Positions 9,349 through 20,276 of a stretch of 64,000 bases of DNA are shown here, in pieces. A program made the translations under genes and the position numbers. The DNA is taken from assembly GCA_964019335.1 (NCBI GenBank), contig OZ025764.1, positions 1 through 64,000 on the forward strand. The letters run 5' to 3'. The first letter of the stretch is position 1; each line of letters begins with the position of its first letter. This DNA is from Diplonema japonicum. Its lineage: Eukaryota > Protista > Euglenozoa: Diplonemea. A model generated the notes under the pieces. It was not told where the DNA came from. It saw nothing but the letters and a program-made list of their open reading frames with translations, and searched no databases.

Positions 9349-10195
9349 TAATTCTTTATCTGGTGACTATATGTCTTTTCTGTTGTTCGGCACAAAAAGT
9401 TTGCATATAGCTATAAAATTATTTTTCCTTTCTTTTTTTTTTTTTTTTTTTTTGGATCGCAACACTATCTTCCCAAAGCGGTTTGCTTTTTTTGAACAAA
9501 CTTCTCCAAAAGGGGGAGGGGAAAATAGGCGGGAAAGGGGGGTGTGGGGGACAAAGGCCTATTGTATAAATCTTTTTTTTTTTCCCCCTTTTAACCTCAT
9601 CACCGATGCCGGCTTAATTTAACACTAGTAAGGCCGCTGCACGCTTACATAAAAAAAAGAAAAAAAAAGAAAAAACACGGTTGCCGGGTGCTAACACATG
9701 AAGAGTTGTAGTGAAAATGGCCTTTTTTTTTTTTTTTTTTTCCTCCCTTTTTTTTTTTTCTTCTTTTTTCATCTTCTCGTGCTAGCGGGTGTTCGATCCC
9801 AAGTTTTCCTCCGAAAACTGCCCTCAAAAGGAGAACAAGGAAACATTCCATCTATTCCTTTTTTTTCCCGGTGCGCTGATTGATCTTATTACCCACCGGG
9901 GGGCTGGGGACGCTACGTGTTCAACGAAAAAAAAAAAATGAAAAAAAAAAACTGTATAAAAAAAAACTGTATAAAAAAAAAATTTTTTTTTCGGGGTGTA
10001 TAATATATCCTGCTACTGGGGGGGTGGGTTTTGCCTTTTTTTAAAAATTAAAAAAAAAAAGAAAAAAAAAATTCAATTCTTCAAAAAAAAAAAAAAAAAA
10101 AAAAAAAAATTCTCTTTTTTTTTTTTTTTTAAACTTCTTTTCCCTTCTTTTTTCATTTTTTTTTAAAAATTTTTTTTTATTATTTTTTATATCTT

Positions 10196-12886
10196 TTACG
10201 ATCCGAGATCTTCACTAGCACACATGCATTTCGCAGACGGAGGGCTGGGGGCCTCTGCCTGACACACAGGGGGGGACGAGGTACACCTACCTTGCATCTG
10301 ATCCCACACACATCCCGCTGAATTAAACTTCTGCCTGCACGACGTCACTGTGGTATGCCTGGCGCACTCCGTATCAGAAACAATGGCAAGCGCCAAATAC
10401 TTCATCGGCCTGACCATCTTGGGGAGAAGCTCCACATCCTTATGATAAAGCTTCTTGCTGAAGACCACCATGTCGTGGGGCTTACCGTACACGGACACGA
10501 AGAACTTCGGCGAGCAAGGAATTCTAATCCAACCCTCCTGGATCAACAACATGGGGAGCCCGCCATCATAATTCATTGAACACGGGTAGCAAGACTCGAA
10601 CATTACATAAACGGTGCAAGAGTCGAACAAGCAAACAACCTCAACCTCACTTCCTGACGCCAAATCCTCCTTTGGAAAGTACATCCGCACATCATTAAAA
10701 AATTTAGGAACAACAGACAGCTTTGATTCACCATAATTACTCCAGGCAGCCATGTTTGGCGCGCCTTTTCTAACATCAACCTTGACATTCGGCGTGATGA
10801 GCAGCTCGACATGGCGGACGATGCCTGTATTATGCTTCTTCGAGTGCTTGACGGTGGCGGGTACTTTAGTGAATTCCTCGTCACCTCGCGAACCGAAGTC
10901 GATCTCTTCTGTGAAAACTGCTTTGTTTGAAACACCATGTTTAACCTCGTTGGGTCGAGCATCAATGACCAACAAACAGTCTTGCAATGCCACGTATGCC
11001 GTCCAGTCGATTACTTCAATGAAAAGCGCTTTTGCGGATGTTTCCGTCATGCCGACCATGCGAGCGATTCTTGCATCACGCACATCGACGATGCCCGCGC
11101 CGTAGTCGCCGGCGACGAAAACGTAGCCTTCGAACCATACTAGACTGTTGATCGAGGTTACGACATTGACCTTCGACAGGAATCGTAGCTCGCTTCCCTC
11201 AGCGTGCATGATGTAAATGTGTTGTTCCTGCCCCACGAACATGGTGTCCCCCGTCACATCCAACGCTGTGATTATCTTATCCATTCTGTACTTGGCCTTC
11301 AGGTTAAACACCTTAGGTGACGTGTTGTCCCAAACCATGATGTACCGTTCAGTGGTGACAGCGTACAAACGGGTTCCCCTTCTAACGGTGAGCGTTACTT
11401 CGCCTTCCGTGTCCATCTTCCCAACACCAAATGGTTCCTCTGCTGAGGATATGTCGATGATGTACAGGTATGAGTTGTAAGTCGATGTCAGGAACACGTA
11501 AGCAACTTGAAGGTAAACGTCGATTTCCTTTATGACGCCTTCATAGGAAGGAATGGAGAATAAACCGCGCATTGAGAAGGTGCTGTCTGCAGAGTGGATC
11601 TTGAACCCGTCGTGGTCGGCAACGACGAACAGTCCCTCATGCTGCGCCACCGCGTTGACCGGCGATGTAACACTTGCCGACCCGATCACTGTCGGCCTTG
11701 ACAACGTGCTTGTTTCAAGCATCGCCGTACCCTTCCCATCCAACGACAGGTACAGAAAACCCCTTGACCCGAACAACGATTTCGGTGGGGCTTGGAATTT
11801 CATAACACTTTTAATAACTGACGACGGGTACTCACCAATAGGCGGGGACGGGGTTTCCGGAGGCGGAACTTCGATCACCACTGGAGGTACCGGCGTGACA
11901 GGAGCAGATACCGGTGTTGGTTCGTCAGTGTCCATGGGCCGGCGGCTTAACGTTCTGAGAGGCAAGCCTTCAATAGACACGATTTCCTTTCCGGACGACA
12001 CGGCGTATATTACGTTGTTGTGAACGACCATTGACCCCAACGACCCGAGGCCCTGTTTTGTAACTAGGAGGAAAGCCGCACGCTCGTTCGCAACATCAAC
12101 AATGGCGAGACCGGTACCCGTACCGAGGTAAAGGTAACCGTTGGTAGCAACCATCGAAAGCACCTTGAATGTAACGTACACGGTCGAAACTTCGATGTTC
12201 TTCTGGTTTAGAATGTGGATTTCATCCCCCGCTGCGATGAACACGTGTGTGGAGGATGCTGTTATACAGCAGGACGGAAGCCCGTATTGCGTTTCCCCGA
12301 TCAGCCTGATAGCGTTGTTGGAATTTATTTTGTAGGTGTACAACGTGCCGGACGCTGACAGAATGTATAGAAATTCGTCGAGAATCTGCATGGACTGCAG
12401 TTTAGGGACTGTTACCTTGTCTACTTTTAAAGGGTCTTCTGGGTTGGTTACGTCTACGAGGAATATCGATGCTGTTTTCGAGTCCGGTGAGAGGCAGTAC
12501 ACAAAGGCAAGTTTAGCGTTCCCAACAATATCTTCCGCTACTTTTTTTGAACCGAGAACTATCGACCCGATTCGAACGGGGACGGAGGGGTCCATGAAAT
12601 CGTAAATCGCCATGCCACCGATTCCATCTGCTAGATACCCGAAGTCTCCTATCACGTGTAGCCGCATCGCGTGCCCGCTCTCGGGCTGGGCGGTGGCGAC
12701 CATGCTGCCCTTTGACACGTTCAACGCTACCATCCCTCTCCGCCCCATGGTGCCGTAGACCACCGATCCCAATGTTGCCAGGTTAAGTACACCGTCTTGC
12801 TTTATCCGCTGCGTCACTTCCAAGTGGTCGCACCTTCCCATTGTTGCCAAGCTTAACACTACAACACTCAATATAACTGCTCGCAT
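10196..12886 (-). CDS. Secreted LVIVD-repeat beta-propeller protein with Cys-rich C-terminal domain (896 aa)
   Basis: Signal peptide; repeats such as YLADGIGGMAIYDFMDP, GLAIVDVAN, LYIIDISS, GAGIVDVRD in two blocks separated by a Pro/Thr linker. Confidence 0.85.
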   Translation of the reverse strand: MRAVILSVVVLSLATMGRCDHLEVTQRIKQDGVLNLATLGSVVYGTMGRRGMVALNVSKGSMVATAQPESGHAMRLHVIGDFGYLADGIGGMAIYDFMDPSVPVRIGSIVLGSKKVAEDIVGNAKLAFVYCLSPDSKTASIFLVDVTNPEDPLKVDKVTVPKLQSMQILDEFLYILSASGTLYTYKINSNNAIRLIGETQYGLPSCCITASSTHVFIAAGDEIHILNQKNIEVSTVYVTFKVLSMVATNGYLYLGTGTGLAIVDVANERAAFLLVTKQGLGSLGSMVVHNNVIYAVSSGKEIVSIEGLPLRTLSRRPMDTDEPTPVSAPVTPVPPVVIEVPPPETPSPPIGEYPSSVIKSVMKFQAPPKSLFGSRGFLYLSLDGKGTAMLETSTLSRPTVIGSASVTSPVNAVAQHEGLFVVADHDGFKIHSADSTFSMRGLFSIPSYEGVIKEIDVYLQVAYVFLTSTYNSYLYIIDISSAEEPFGVGKMDTEGEVTLTVRRGTRLYAVTTERYIMVWDNTSPKVFNLKAKYRMDKIITALDVTGDTMFVGQEQHIYIMHAEGSELRFLSKVNVVTSINSLVWFEGYVFVAGDYGAGIVDVRDARIARMVGMTETSAKALFIEVIDWTAYVALQDCLLVIDARPNEVKHGVSNKAVFTEEIDFGSRGDEEFTKVPATVKHSKKHNTGIVRHVELLITPNVKVDVRKGAPNMAAWSNYGESKLSVVPKFFNDVRMYFPKEDLASGSEVEVVCLFDSCTVYVMFESCYPCSMNYDGGLPMLLIQEGWIRIPCSPKFFVSVYGKPHDMVVFSKKLYHKDVELLPKMVRPMKYLALAIVSDTECARHTTVTSCRQKFNSAGCVWDQMQGRCTSSPPVCQAEAPSPPSAKCMCASEDLGS

Positions 12887-13197
12887 TTTTTTTTTTTTTT
12901 TTTTTGTAACTTTTTTTTTTTTGTTATTTTTTTTTTTTTTTTTTTTTTGGGTGGTGGAAGAAAAAAAAAAGAAGGAACAAAAAAAAAGTAGGAGGGCAAG
13001 GGTATTTTTCTTTTTTGAATCTTTTTTTTTTTTTTTTTTTTTTCTTGTTGCAAGGAAAAGAAGGAATATAAAAAAAAAAAAAAAAGAAAGAAGAAAAAAA
13101 AAATGAAAAACGTGGTTACAAAAAAGTATTCTTTCTTTCCTTTTTTTTTTTTTTTTTTTTTGTAAAACGCATAAACGTCAAACTAAAGAAAAAAGAA

Positions 13198-13347
13198 ATC
13201 TAACCTGTGCGGCGCCACCTCTCAGACATGGCGTGCCTGGTCTCCGTAGTGCAATAGCAAATGACTGCCCGGGGACAAGGTTTACCTCTACTTGTCGTTT
13301 TCCCCTAGCACCTGAAATGACTCGCCTAGACCCGGCCAAAGGTCTTG
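13198..13347. repeat. Repeat module C, deleted copy
   Basis: TCTAACCTGTGCGGC..CTCAGACATGGCGTGCCTG and CTGAAATGACTCGC..CTAGACCCGGCCAAAGG match 33587-33775. Confidence 0.8.
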
Positions 13348-13491
13348 CTGCCCTTCAAAAAAAGAAGATTTTCCTTCTTTTTTTCTTTTTTCCTTTTTTT
13401 TTTCTTTTACAAACCAGAAGATTTAGCGGAAAAAAAAAAAATTAAAGAGGTAAAAGGAAATCCCTGATCTGGGACGTCCTGTCTTGTTCTT

Positions 13492-14310
13492 CTACCTGCC
13501 CCTATCTCCCTTCAGCGGCTTCGGTCTTTCCTTTTTGGGCTGAGCCCGCTCCCTCATGGCGCTCACCCGCTCCTTCTGCCACTGCTGTCTCAGTTTCTGG
13601 AGGTCCTTCTTCGTCTGTTCCGAGACGTGCAGCGGTCTTCTGTCCCAGCCCAAGACCTTTCTCCCCCCTATGGTCCTCAGGCCGTGGTTCCGCCGTTGCT
13701 CCGCCGGTATGGCTCTGTGTCCCCTGACCTTCCTCCTTATCCGCGCGTCCTGCCAGCCCTCCTGCAGCCTCACCAGCAGGCCATGTAGCCGTCTCGCCTT
13801 TTTACCTATTAGTGTCAGGTCTCCACGTTCACCCACCAGCGACTTCATTGTGCTGTTCTCGAAGTCCAGCGCAAGCTCTATTGTCGTGACCGTTGTTCTC
13901 CTCGGGCCCCGGTACCACTTGAGCTGCCCTAGCCATTTGACGATCTCCTGTCCGTACTGTTTCATGAGCCCCCCCCTACATGTTGTCGTAGTTCTCTCCA
14001 TGTCGGTGTCGGGTGTCTTTTTCCTTCTGTGATCACTTCCCACGGGTGAGTCGTGTACCTCTCCAGTGCCCTCTTTTCTTGCAGGCGGCGGTCTCGTTCT
14101 GTTACCACCTCCAGGAGGTAGAGCTGCAGGCTCTTGAGATGCTCTTTGTCGTGTCCTCGCGGCAGCACTCCGTGCAGCTGCATGCACCTCGGCATGGCCG
14201 TCCGTTCCTCCACCACTGCTCTGTTAGCTTCCTTGTTTTGTATTTCCCTTGCCAACTCGCAGTCCCACAGCGCGTGCTTGAGCATGTCGTGCTCATGCAC
14301 CTCGTGTTCA
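13492..14310 (-). pseudogene. Non-LTR retrotransposon 3' fragment (zinc-knuckle remnant plus C-terminal domain), frameshifted
   Basis: HALWDC knuckle-like motif, frame change at the C8 run 13969-13976, then WLGQLKW..IELALDFE..GLRTIGG..GWDRRP, homologous to 51930-52339. Confidence 0.6.
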
Positions 14311-14402
14311 CCAAAATCAAAAAAAAAAGAGAAAAAAAGGACAAAAAAAAAAAAAAAAAAACCTGATCTCGAATAAACTTCTAGAAGCAAATGGACAATG
14401 TC

Positions 14403-14980
14403 ACTCTGAAATGACTTATTTTCAAGGGGATGTCGCTACGCACCCACACCCGGCCAAAGGTCTTTTGCCATATGTGTAAAGGGTAATCTTTCCTTTTTTG
14501 TTCCTTTCCCACCTTCTTTCTTGCTAAGCATGCTACGAATTAAGTGAGCTGCAGCATCCTTTCACAAAAAAGAAAAATAAAGAGGGAGAAGAAGAAGAAA
14601 AAAAAAAGATCTTAAAAAAAAAAGTTAGTAGTTGTAGGTATTGTCAATTGCTAAAAAAAAAAAAAACTATTCTGTTAACTGAATCGTCCAATACTACCTA
14701 TAGGCGCTCTTGCAACGACCACAGCCATCGCCAACGTGCCAAAAAAAATGGGCTAAACTCGCACACTGGTGTGAGCTTCAAGGGAGCTAAACGTTTCAGA
14801 CATGGCGTGCCACACCCATAGGCCTCACGACCGGGGAGGGGGGGTATTTATCTTTCGCCCGTAAGCTAGAGTGCGCATGCATCCCCAGCTCGCTTTGGGA
14901 GGTGTTGCCAACACCTGGGTCGCTTCGCGGTCCGACCTGCTGCCCAATTCAAAGCGCGGTTGCGGTAAATCCAAGCCCCC
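14403..14980. repeat. Repeat module C fragments
   Basis: 14403-14465 and 14664-14980 align to 33720-34065 (AACTATTCTGTTAACTGAAT..GGGCTAAACTCGCACACTGGTGTGAG..AATCCAAGCCCCC). Confidence 0.85.
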
Positions 14981-15185
14981 TAAGCATCGACACGATTAAC
15001 AAAGGGATATCTTGTTCACCAAAAAAAAAAAAAAAAAGAAATACGAAATGAACCCATATGTCACTCGCTCTAGGGGCGTGACATAAAATTCATTGTTTGT
15101 TCTTTTTTTTTTGATTTTTTGTGCTCAGATTCCCTAATGTGAAAAGATCAAAAGCGACACCCAAGCACAAAAAAGACCTCTAAAA

Positions 15186-15308
15186 GGGGAAACTGGCCGT
15201 AGTTTGTACGTGCCGGGTAAAACCTGGAAGAAAGTTTGTCAACCCGTAAACCCGTTGCCTACGTTCCCCTTTTGCTTTAAACAGGTCAAAAGATTTTTTT
15301 AAAAAAAA
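15186..15308. repeat. Repeat module A copy
   Basis: TTTGTACGTGCCGGGTAAAACCTGGAAG..ACGTTCCCCTTTTG. Confidence 0.85.
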
Positions 15309-15526
15309 TAAAAAAAGGGAAAAGGGGTGAGGATGTTAATCCTGCTTTTTTTTTTTTTTTTTTTTTTTTCAATTCCCCCATCAAAAAAAAAAAAAGTGGT
15401 TCAGAGCTCAAAGCAAAAAAATCGGGGGGAAGGAGGAGGGGGAACTTAAAAAAAATGATAACCAAAAATTATAATGTACATTTTTTTTCTTTTTTTTCTT
15501 CCTTTTTTTTTTTTTTTTTTTTTTTT

Positions 15527-18169
15527 TCAAACATCTTTCTCGTCCTTCGACTCTTCCATCTCGTTGGTGTCAGGGTGGACCTTAAGATTGTCATTCGAAA
15601 GCGGGTTCATGTGCGTCATCGTTTCAAGATCTTCCGCTGAAATGTAAGGCGCCGGACCGACGAACGAAAGGAAAACCGGCAGAACCACCACCCCAAACCA
15701 CAACCCGAAAAATATAATAAGCACAAACATCCTGAAGAAAACCGTGAAGATGTAGCTCTTCGCCGTAACGAGAGGAAAAACAGCCAAAAACGTAGAAAAT
15801 CCACCGTTAACCACCGCTGGACCCATCTTCCACAGTGCATACGCAGCACGGTCAGGCCTCGGACCCTTCACCTGCAAATATGAGTGTGCAATGTGCACAG
15901 AATAATCAACAGCCAGCCCGATGGCCACTACAAGACAGATAATAGAAACTGCGTTAAAATCAACCCCGAAGTAATACATAAACCCGAGTAAGCACACATC
16001 AACGCATCCAATAATTACCACCACGATGACACCCATAAGCACATTAGCCAACGTTACAGTCACAATGGAAAAGACGCACGCTGCTGCCACCGCGATGTTC
16101 CGCGTCACTTCCGGAACAAGTTCTTTGTAGCCTTCCCAGAACACAAAAAAGAACGCGAATGGAAAAACCCGTTCAGTCCCGTACACGGCTACGTCGCCGC
16201 GTAGGCGGCCAAGACACTCGATGGCATCCTCTCCATCGTCCATGGGATCTCTGATGATGAAAAATGACGCGCGTGACGTCTCCACCGCTGTTCCGTCCTC
16301 GTTCCACATCACATTTCGATACTGCGAGGCGCCTTCTGGCGGTCCCGTTGATGTAGCGAGGAATAGTTTCAACAAGCTGTAAAAATCGTTTTGAACAACT
16401 CCCCCGTCTGTTGTGTTGATCGACGCCGCATGGTTCATCGCTACCCAACGTGTAAACGACCACAGATAGAAATCTGTCGTTCCCGGTACCACCCATTTCG
16501 AACCCGTCGCGGAGGTGATTGTTGTGTTCATGAACCCCTGCGAGGCAGCGTGGTCGACCAGATCCGAAAAATAAAAATCGACGGGAGCTGACGATCCGGG
16601 GAAAAAATCGTCCCGCGCGTTCAGAACGGTTCTCCCGTCTGTGCCGTCCGGGACGAACCATTCGTTGCTGAAGTTTACCCTTATGACCGTGCACCCGTAG
16701 ATCCCCAATGCGAAGAACACTATTGTCAGTACAATTGACACCACTCTACCTGGCGTGCTCATTAAGACCTTAGGAAGTGTGGTTGATATGAATCTTGTGA
16801 ACACACCACGCCGTGCCTCGTGGAAAGCTCTGTTTTTGTTCACGCAGATCCCAGCGTCGCTGGACACCTTGATGCAACACAAAAAGTCGGGACGGCTGCT
16901 TTCTTGTCGCAAAGATGAAAGATACGCCAGTGCTACGAAAAACGTGGATTGATAGAGAAAGTCGAACGCAATGCCCGTTGCAGCGTAGTAGCAAAAATCC
17001 CGTAGTGCGGGGAACACGGTTCCCGACCCTGCAAGGAACGCTACACAGTCTGTCAAGGAAGTGACCGTGATGGCGGGTCCAGCATGGCGCAATGCCGCGA
17101 TCATCCTCTCCTTCATGTCAGGAATATGCGCCGCGTCCCACCACGAATCCATAATGACAAATGTGTCATCAATCCCAATCCCCAACAAAACCAGTATCAA
17201 AACCTGCGTCACATTATTGAACTTCACTCCTATGTACCACATTAAACCATACGCTGAAAAGGTAGACATCAACACCGACACCACAGTCAGCAGCCCTAGC
17301 GAGGCGTGGGAGTATGTGAACCTCTGTCTGCCCAATACCAGCGACGAATAGACCACCATCATCATATATCCAGCGATGAGGGAGGACAGGTCATTGCTGA
17401 TTGCCTCCTCTGCTGCCTTGTCCTGCCCCCCGTCCGTGTGCAGATACGACTGGATACCGAGGGGCAGGTCCCGTTTTTCCGAAGAAGCAGCGTCAGTGAT
17501 CTGCTCCTCGTACCCTACCACCCAATCGATGTCGTTGCTGTGCAGCACGTATTCCAACCGCATCGCTTCTGCCGACACAATGTTCCCTGCTGCGTCCGAC
17601 TTTGTTGTTGATAGATAATAGGACAGAGGTGGGCCTGTCGGGTGTAGTGTCCTCCATGCTATTGTGTTGACCGTTCCCACGGGGTTGGGGTCGAGCTCGA
17701 GTAACGTTTTGTTGTGATTCCAAAATGTGAGAACGGACGCCGGTGGTAGGCATTCGCCGGTGTCATCTTTCAAGCACAGATCTGGGAAGGATGTGTTACC
17801 AGCCTGGAACTTGATGAACCACTGGTGGTAGTCCATCATTTGTAAGAGTCGGGGTTTTGTCAGCATGTTTCTGTCTCCCTCCCTTGCTATGATGTACGTC
17901 ACGGCGCGTCTTTCGGCCTCTCCGTAGAAGTCTTCCACCCAGACGTTTTCTTTCTTCGCTCTGCTGTTTGGTGGTGTGAACTGGTTTTCCTCTTTTGTTT
18001 CTTCCTGATAGAACCACACCCCCTGCCCCATTACCACTGTCATCAAAACCGTTCCGCCAATAACCGCCCAGGGCCACGACACCACAACCGTCGCAATCCG
18101 CGAGAACGTGGTTTCCATTGCATTATGCACTGCATGCGAGACCTTATCCAGCGTGTCCTGCATACCCAT
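15527..18169 (-). CDS. Patched-related / NPC1-like RND membrane protein with sterol-sensing domain
   Basis: 12-TM pattern, GIGIDD and GLAVDYSVH motifs, GPAITVTSLT, GFSTFLA; no NPC1 N-terminal sterol-binding domain; start placed at the ATG after the poly(A) run. Confidence 0.92.
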   Translation of the reverse strand: MGMQDTLDKVSHAVHNAMETTFSRIATVVVSWPWAVIGGTVLMTVVMGQGVWFYQEETKEENQFTPPNSRAKKENVWVEDFYGEAERRAVTYIIAREGDRNMLTKPRLLQMMDYHQWFIKFQAGNTSFPDLCLKDDTGECLPPASVLTFWNHNKTLLELDPNPVGTVNTIAWRTLHPTGPPLSYYLSTTKSDAAGNIVSAEAMRLEYVLHSNDIDWVVGYEEQITDAASSEKRDLPLGIQSYLHTDGGQDKAAEEAISNDLSSLIAGYMMMVVYSSLVLGRQRFTYSHASLGLLTVVSVLMSTFSAYGLMWYIGVKFNNVTQVLILVLLGIGIDDTFVIMDSWWDAAHIPDMKERMIAALRHAGPAITVTSLTDCVAFLAGSGTVFPALRDFCYYAATGIAFDFLYQSTFFVALAYLSSLRQESSRPDFLCCIKVSSDAGICVNKNRAFHEARRGVFTRFISTTLPKVLMSTPGRVVSIVLTIVFFALGIYGCTVIRVNFSNEWFVPDGTDGRTVLNARDDFFPGSSAPVDFYFSDLVDHAASQGFMNTTITSATGSKWVVPGTTDFYLWSFTRWVAMNHAASINTTDGGVVQNDFYSLLKLFLATSTGPPEGASQYRNVMWNEDGTAVETSRASFFIIRDPMDDGEDAIECLGRLRGDVAVYGTERVFPFAFFFVFWEGYKELVPEVTRNIAVAAACVFSIVTVTLANVLMGVIVVVIIGCVDVCLLGFMYYFGVDFNAVSIICLVVAIGLAVDYSVHIAHSYLQVKGPRPDRAAYALWKMGPAVVNGGFSTFLAVFPLVTAKSYIFTVFFRMFVLIIFFGLWFGVVVLPVFLSFVGPAPYISAEDLETMTHMNPLSNDNLKVHPDTNEMEESKDEKDV

Positions 18170-18459
18170 TTTCTTTTTTTTTTTTTTTTTTTTTTTTGTG
18201 GAAAGGTGCTTCCCTAATGATAATGATGACACCACAAAAAAAAAAAAAAAAAAAGAAAAAGCTAATCAGCTGCTCCCGCCAAAGGGATAGGCAGTAGGGG
18301 GAAGTTACGAGCGACTTTTATTCGATATCCCAACGATTCCATCATAAGGACATAGACACCCGACGCCGGAGAGACAGGAAGTGAAAGAAAAGTACAAGAA
18401 AAAAAAACGCTAATTAGGCGCTCTTGCTAACGACCATATAGGTTTTTCTCTTCTCCATT

Positions 18460-19404
18460 TTACTCAAAGTTAATGGAGCTCACACCGATGCTGCTAGCGG
18501 AGAAGAGCTGTGCTCCTGTCATGGGCTCACCGCACTTCAACGGGAGGACCGCATCAGGGCGGGGGAGGACCTCGAAGATGTGTGAGCAGCGGGGGGGAAG
18601 AGAGGTACTGTTCGGGAGGACGACACGGTGAGGGGTGACGCACACCTCATGTTCCCGCCCTTGGCTCATCCTCTCTGCACACGACCCGAACAGCACCCCG
18701 AGGATGTTCCCCCCCTTGCTCGCAGTCATTCTCGACTCCATGCACACCCACTGGGCCTCTTCCCAGTCGTAAGCCTGCAGCCCCTTCCCCAGAGAGGACG
18801 CGTGTGTAACAGTCACGAGCCCCACATCCTTGTGCTCCTCAGCAGGGACTGCCACCTTCCCATCCTCCGTGAAGTCGAAGTGGTTGTACTTGAAGAACTC
18901 GTGGAACGATGCTGCGAACTCCGACTCGGGCTTCGCCGTCGACAGTTCCGCCTCAGGGTCCTCAAGTATTTCCTCCACCTCCCTTGCATCCAGCCCCATC
19001 CCGAGCAGCACTGCTTGTGCAATCACATACGCAGGCTTCTCGTATAGCCCGAGCACTTCAGCAGCCTCGTGCCACGGTGGTGTTCCAACTCCCCACCCCT
19101 CTCGGCACGACTTCACTTTCCGTACCTTCATCATCTCCTTCCTCTTTTCAGGGAGCTCGTTCCACCCCCATGTCCTCGTCCCGTCCTCTATCTGGAGCTC
19201 CCGCTTCCTCTCATCTGCGAAGAATTGTGAGGCAAGCGCAGCCCCCTTCTTCTGAAGCGTCTCGTGGTATGCAGGGTCCACCTCTACGAAGAAGTGTCCC
19301 CGTGCGAACACAGTTGTCAAGGAACGGAGATGCTCAGTGTCGTTGCAGGCTATCCAGTTCCGCAGGGCCGACATTGAGAGGATGGGGGCAGAGGAGGTGG
19401 GCAC
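18460..19404 (-). CDS. 2-oxoglutarate/Fe(II) dioxygenase, IPNS/ACC-oxidase-like (probably the C-terminal part of a Ubl fusion)
   Basis: HKD..H..RCS (HxD/H/RxS) motifs; ORF begins at GTG and the frame is open back to 19455. Confidence 0.85.
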   Translation of the reverse strand: MPTSSAPILSMSALRNWIACNDTEHLRSLTTVFARGHFFVEVDPAYHETLQKKGAALASQFFADERKRELQIEDGTRTWGWNELPEKRKEMMKVRKVKSCREGWGVGTPPWHEAAEVLGLYEKPAYVIAQAVLLGMGLDAREVEEILEDPEAELSTAKPESEFAASFHEFFKYNHFDFTEDGKVAVPAEEHKDVGLVTVTHASSLGKGLQAYDWEEAQWVCMESRMTASKGGNILGVLFGSCAERMSQGREHEVCVTPHRVVLPNSTSLPPRCSHIFEVLPRPDAVLPLKCGEPMTGAQLFSASSIGVSSINFE

Positions 19405-19871
19405 ATTTGCTTCGGATGCAAACAGACGGACACCCGTGACGCGTGGCTTCTCGTGTCAAATACTAGGTCGGTGTTCTTGCATTCCTTGCCCTTTCTTAAA
19501 ATCCGGATCTGAGCGGGTGAGACGTTTTCCTGTTTTGCTATCTCAGCCTTTACATCGGAAATGACCGTTTTGTCTGTCATTGTGCATTTGGCCTTTCGGT
19601 GCGAGCCAGTGGCTGTGATCACTGTGACTCCACTGGCATGCCCTTGCCCACGAAGCCGCAGCACCAAGTACAGAGTGGAATCAGGCTCTACGTTGTAGGA
19701 TTCAAGGGTACGGTGGTCGACAAGCTGCTTCGCAGCGAAGATGATGCGCTGCTGGTCAGGAGGGATGCCTTCATGGTTCCGAATGTTTTCCTTCAGTTGC
19801 TCCACGGTGTCGGTGGGCTCAACCGACAGAGTAATAGTCTTTTTGGTCAACGTCATGATAAAGATACGCAT
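19350..19871 (-). CDS. Tandem ubiquitin-like domain protein
   Basis: [57 protein letters not shown], then a second divergent Ubl ([27 protein letters not shown]). Confidence 0.85.
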   Translation of the reverse strand: MRIFIMTLTKKTITLSVEPTDTVEQLKENIRNHEGIPPDQQRIIFAAKQLVDHRTLESYNVEPDSTLYLVLRLRGQGHASGVTVITATGSHRKAKCTMTDKTVISDVKAEIAKQENVSPAQIRILRKGKECKNTDLVFDTRSHASRVSVCLHPKQMCPPPLPPSSQCRPCGTG

Positions 19872-20232
19872 TTTTCTCTCTTTTTCTTGTGGTGTGAACG
19901 CAAAGATAAAAAGAAAAGGGGGGGAATGAAAGTAGTAGGGACTGGTGTTAGATGAGGTGTTCAACGGACCCACCGAGAAAGAAGAGTAAAAAAAAGGGGG
20001 GGGGGAAACTCGCTTGAGGGAGGTGTCGTTACAGCTTTGGACTTGGGTCTTGCTGCCCCCTAGTAAAAAAGGCTGCTGAGGTTTCTTTTGAGGGAGAGGA
20101 GAGTCAGCCGGCTGTGCACAAACAACAATACCGACTCTTTTTAAATGAAAAAAAAAGAACACTTTTTTTTTTTTTTTTTTGGCTGAATAATACTTTGTTT
20201 TTCGAATTTCTGAATAACTATTAGAAAATCTT

Positions 20233-20276
<44 letters not shown>

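Noticed and set aside
53-9883. Many poly-Lys/poly-Phe ORFs in spacers, and such N-terminal extensions on real genes
   Set aside because: Translations of homopolymer tracts; starts were moved to the ATG where coding-like composition begins.
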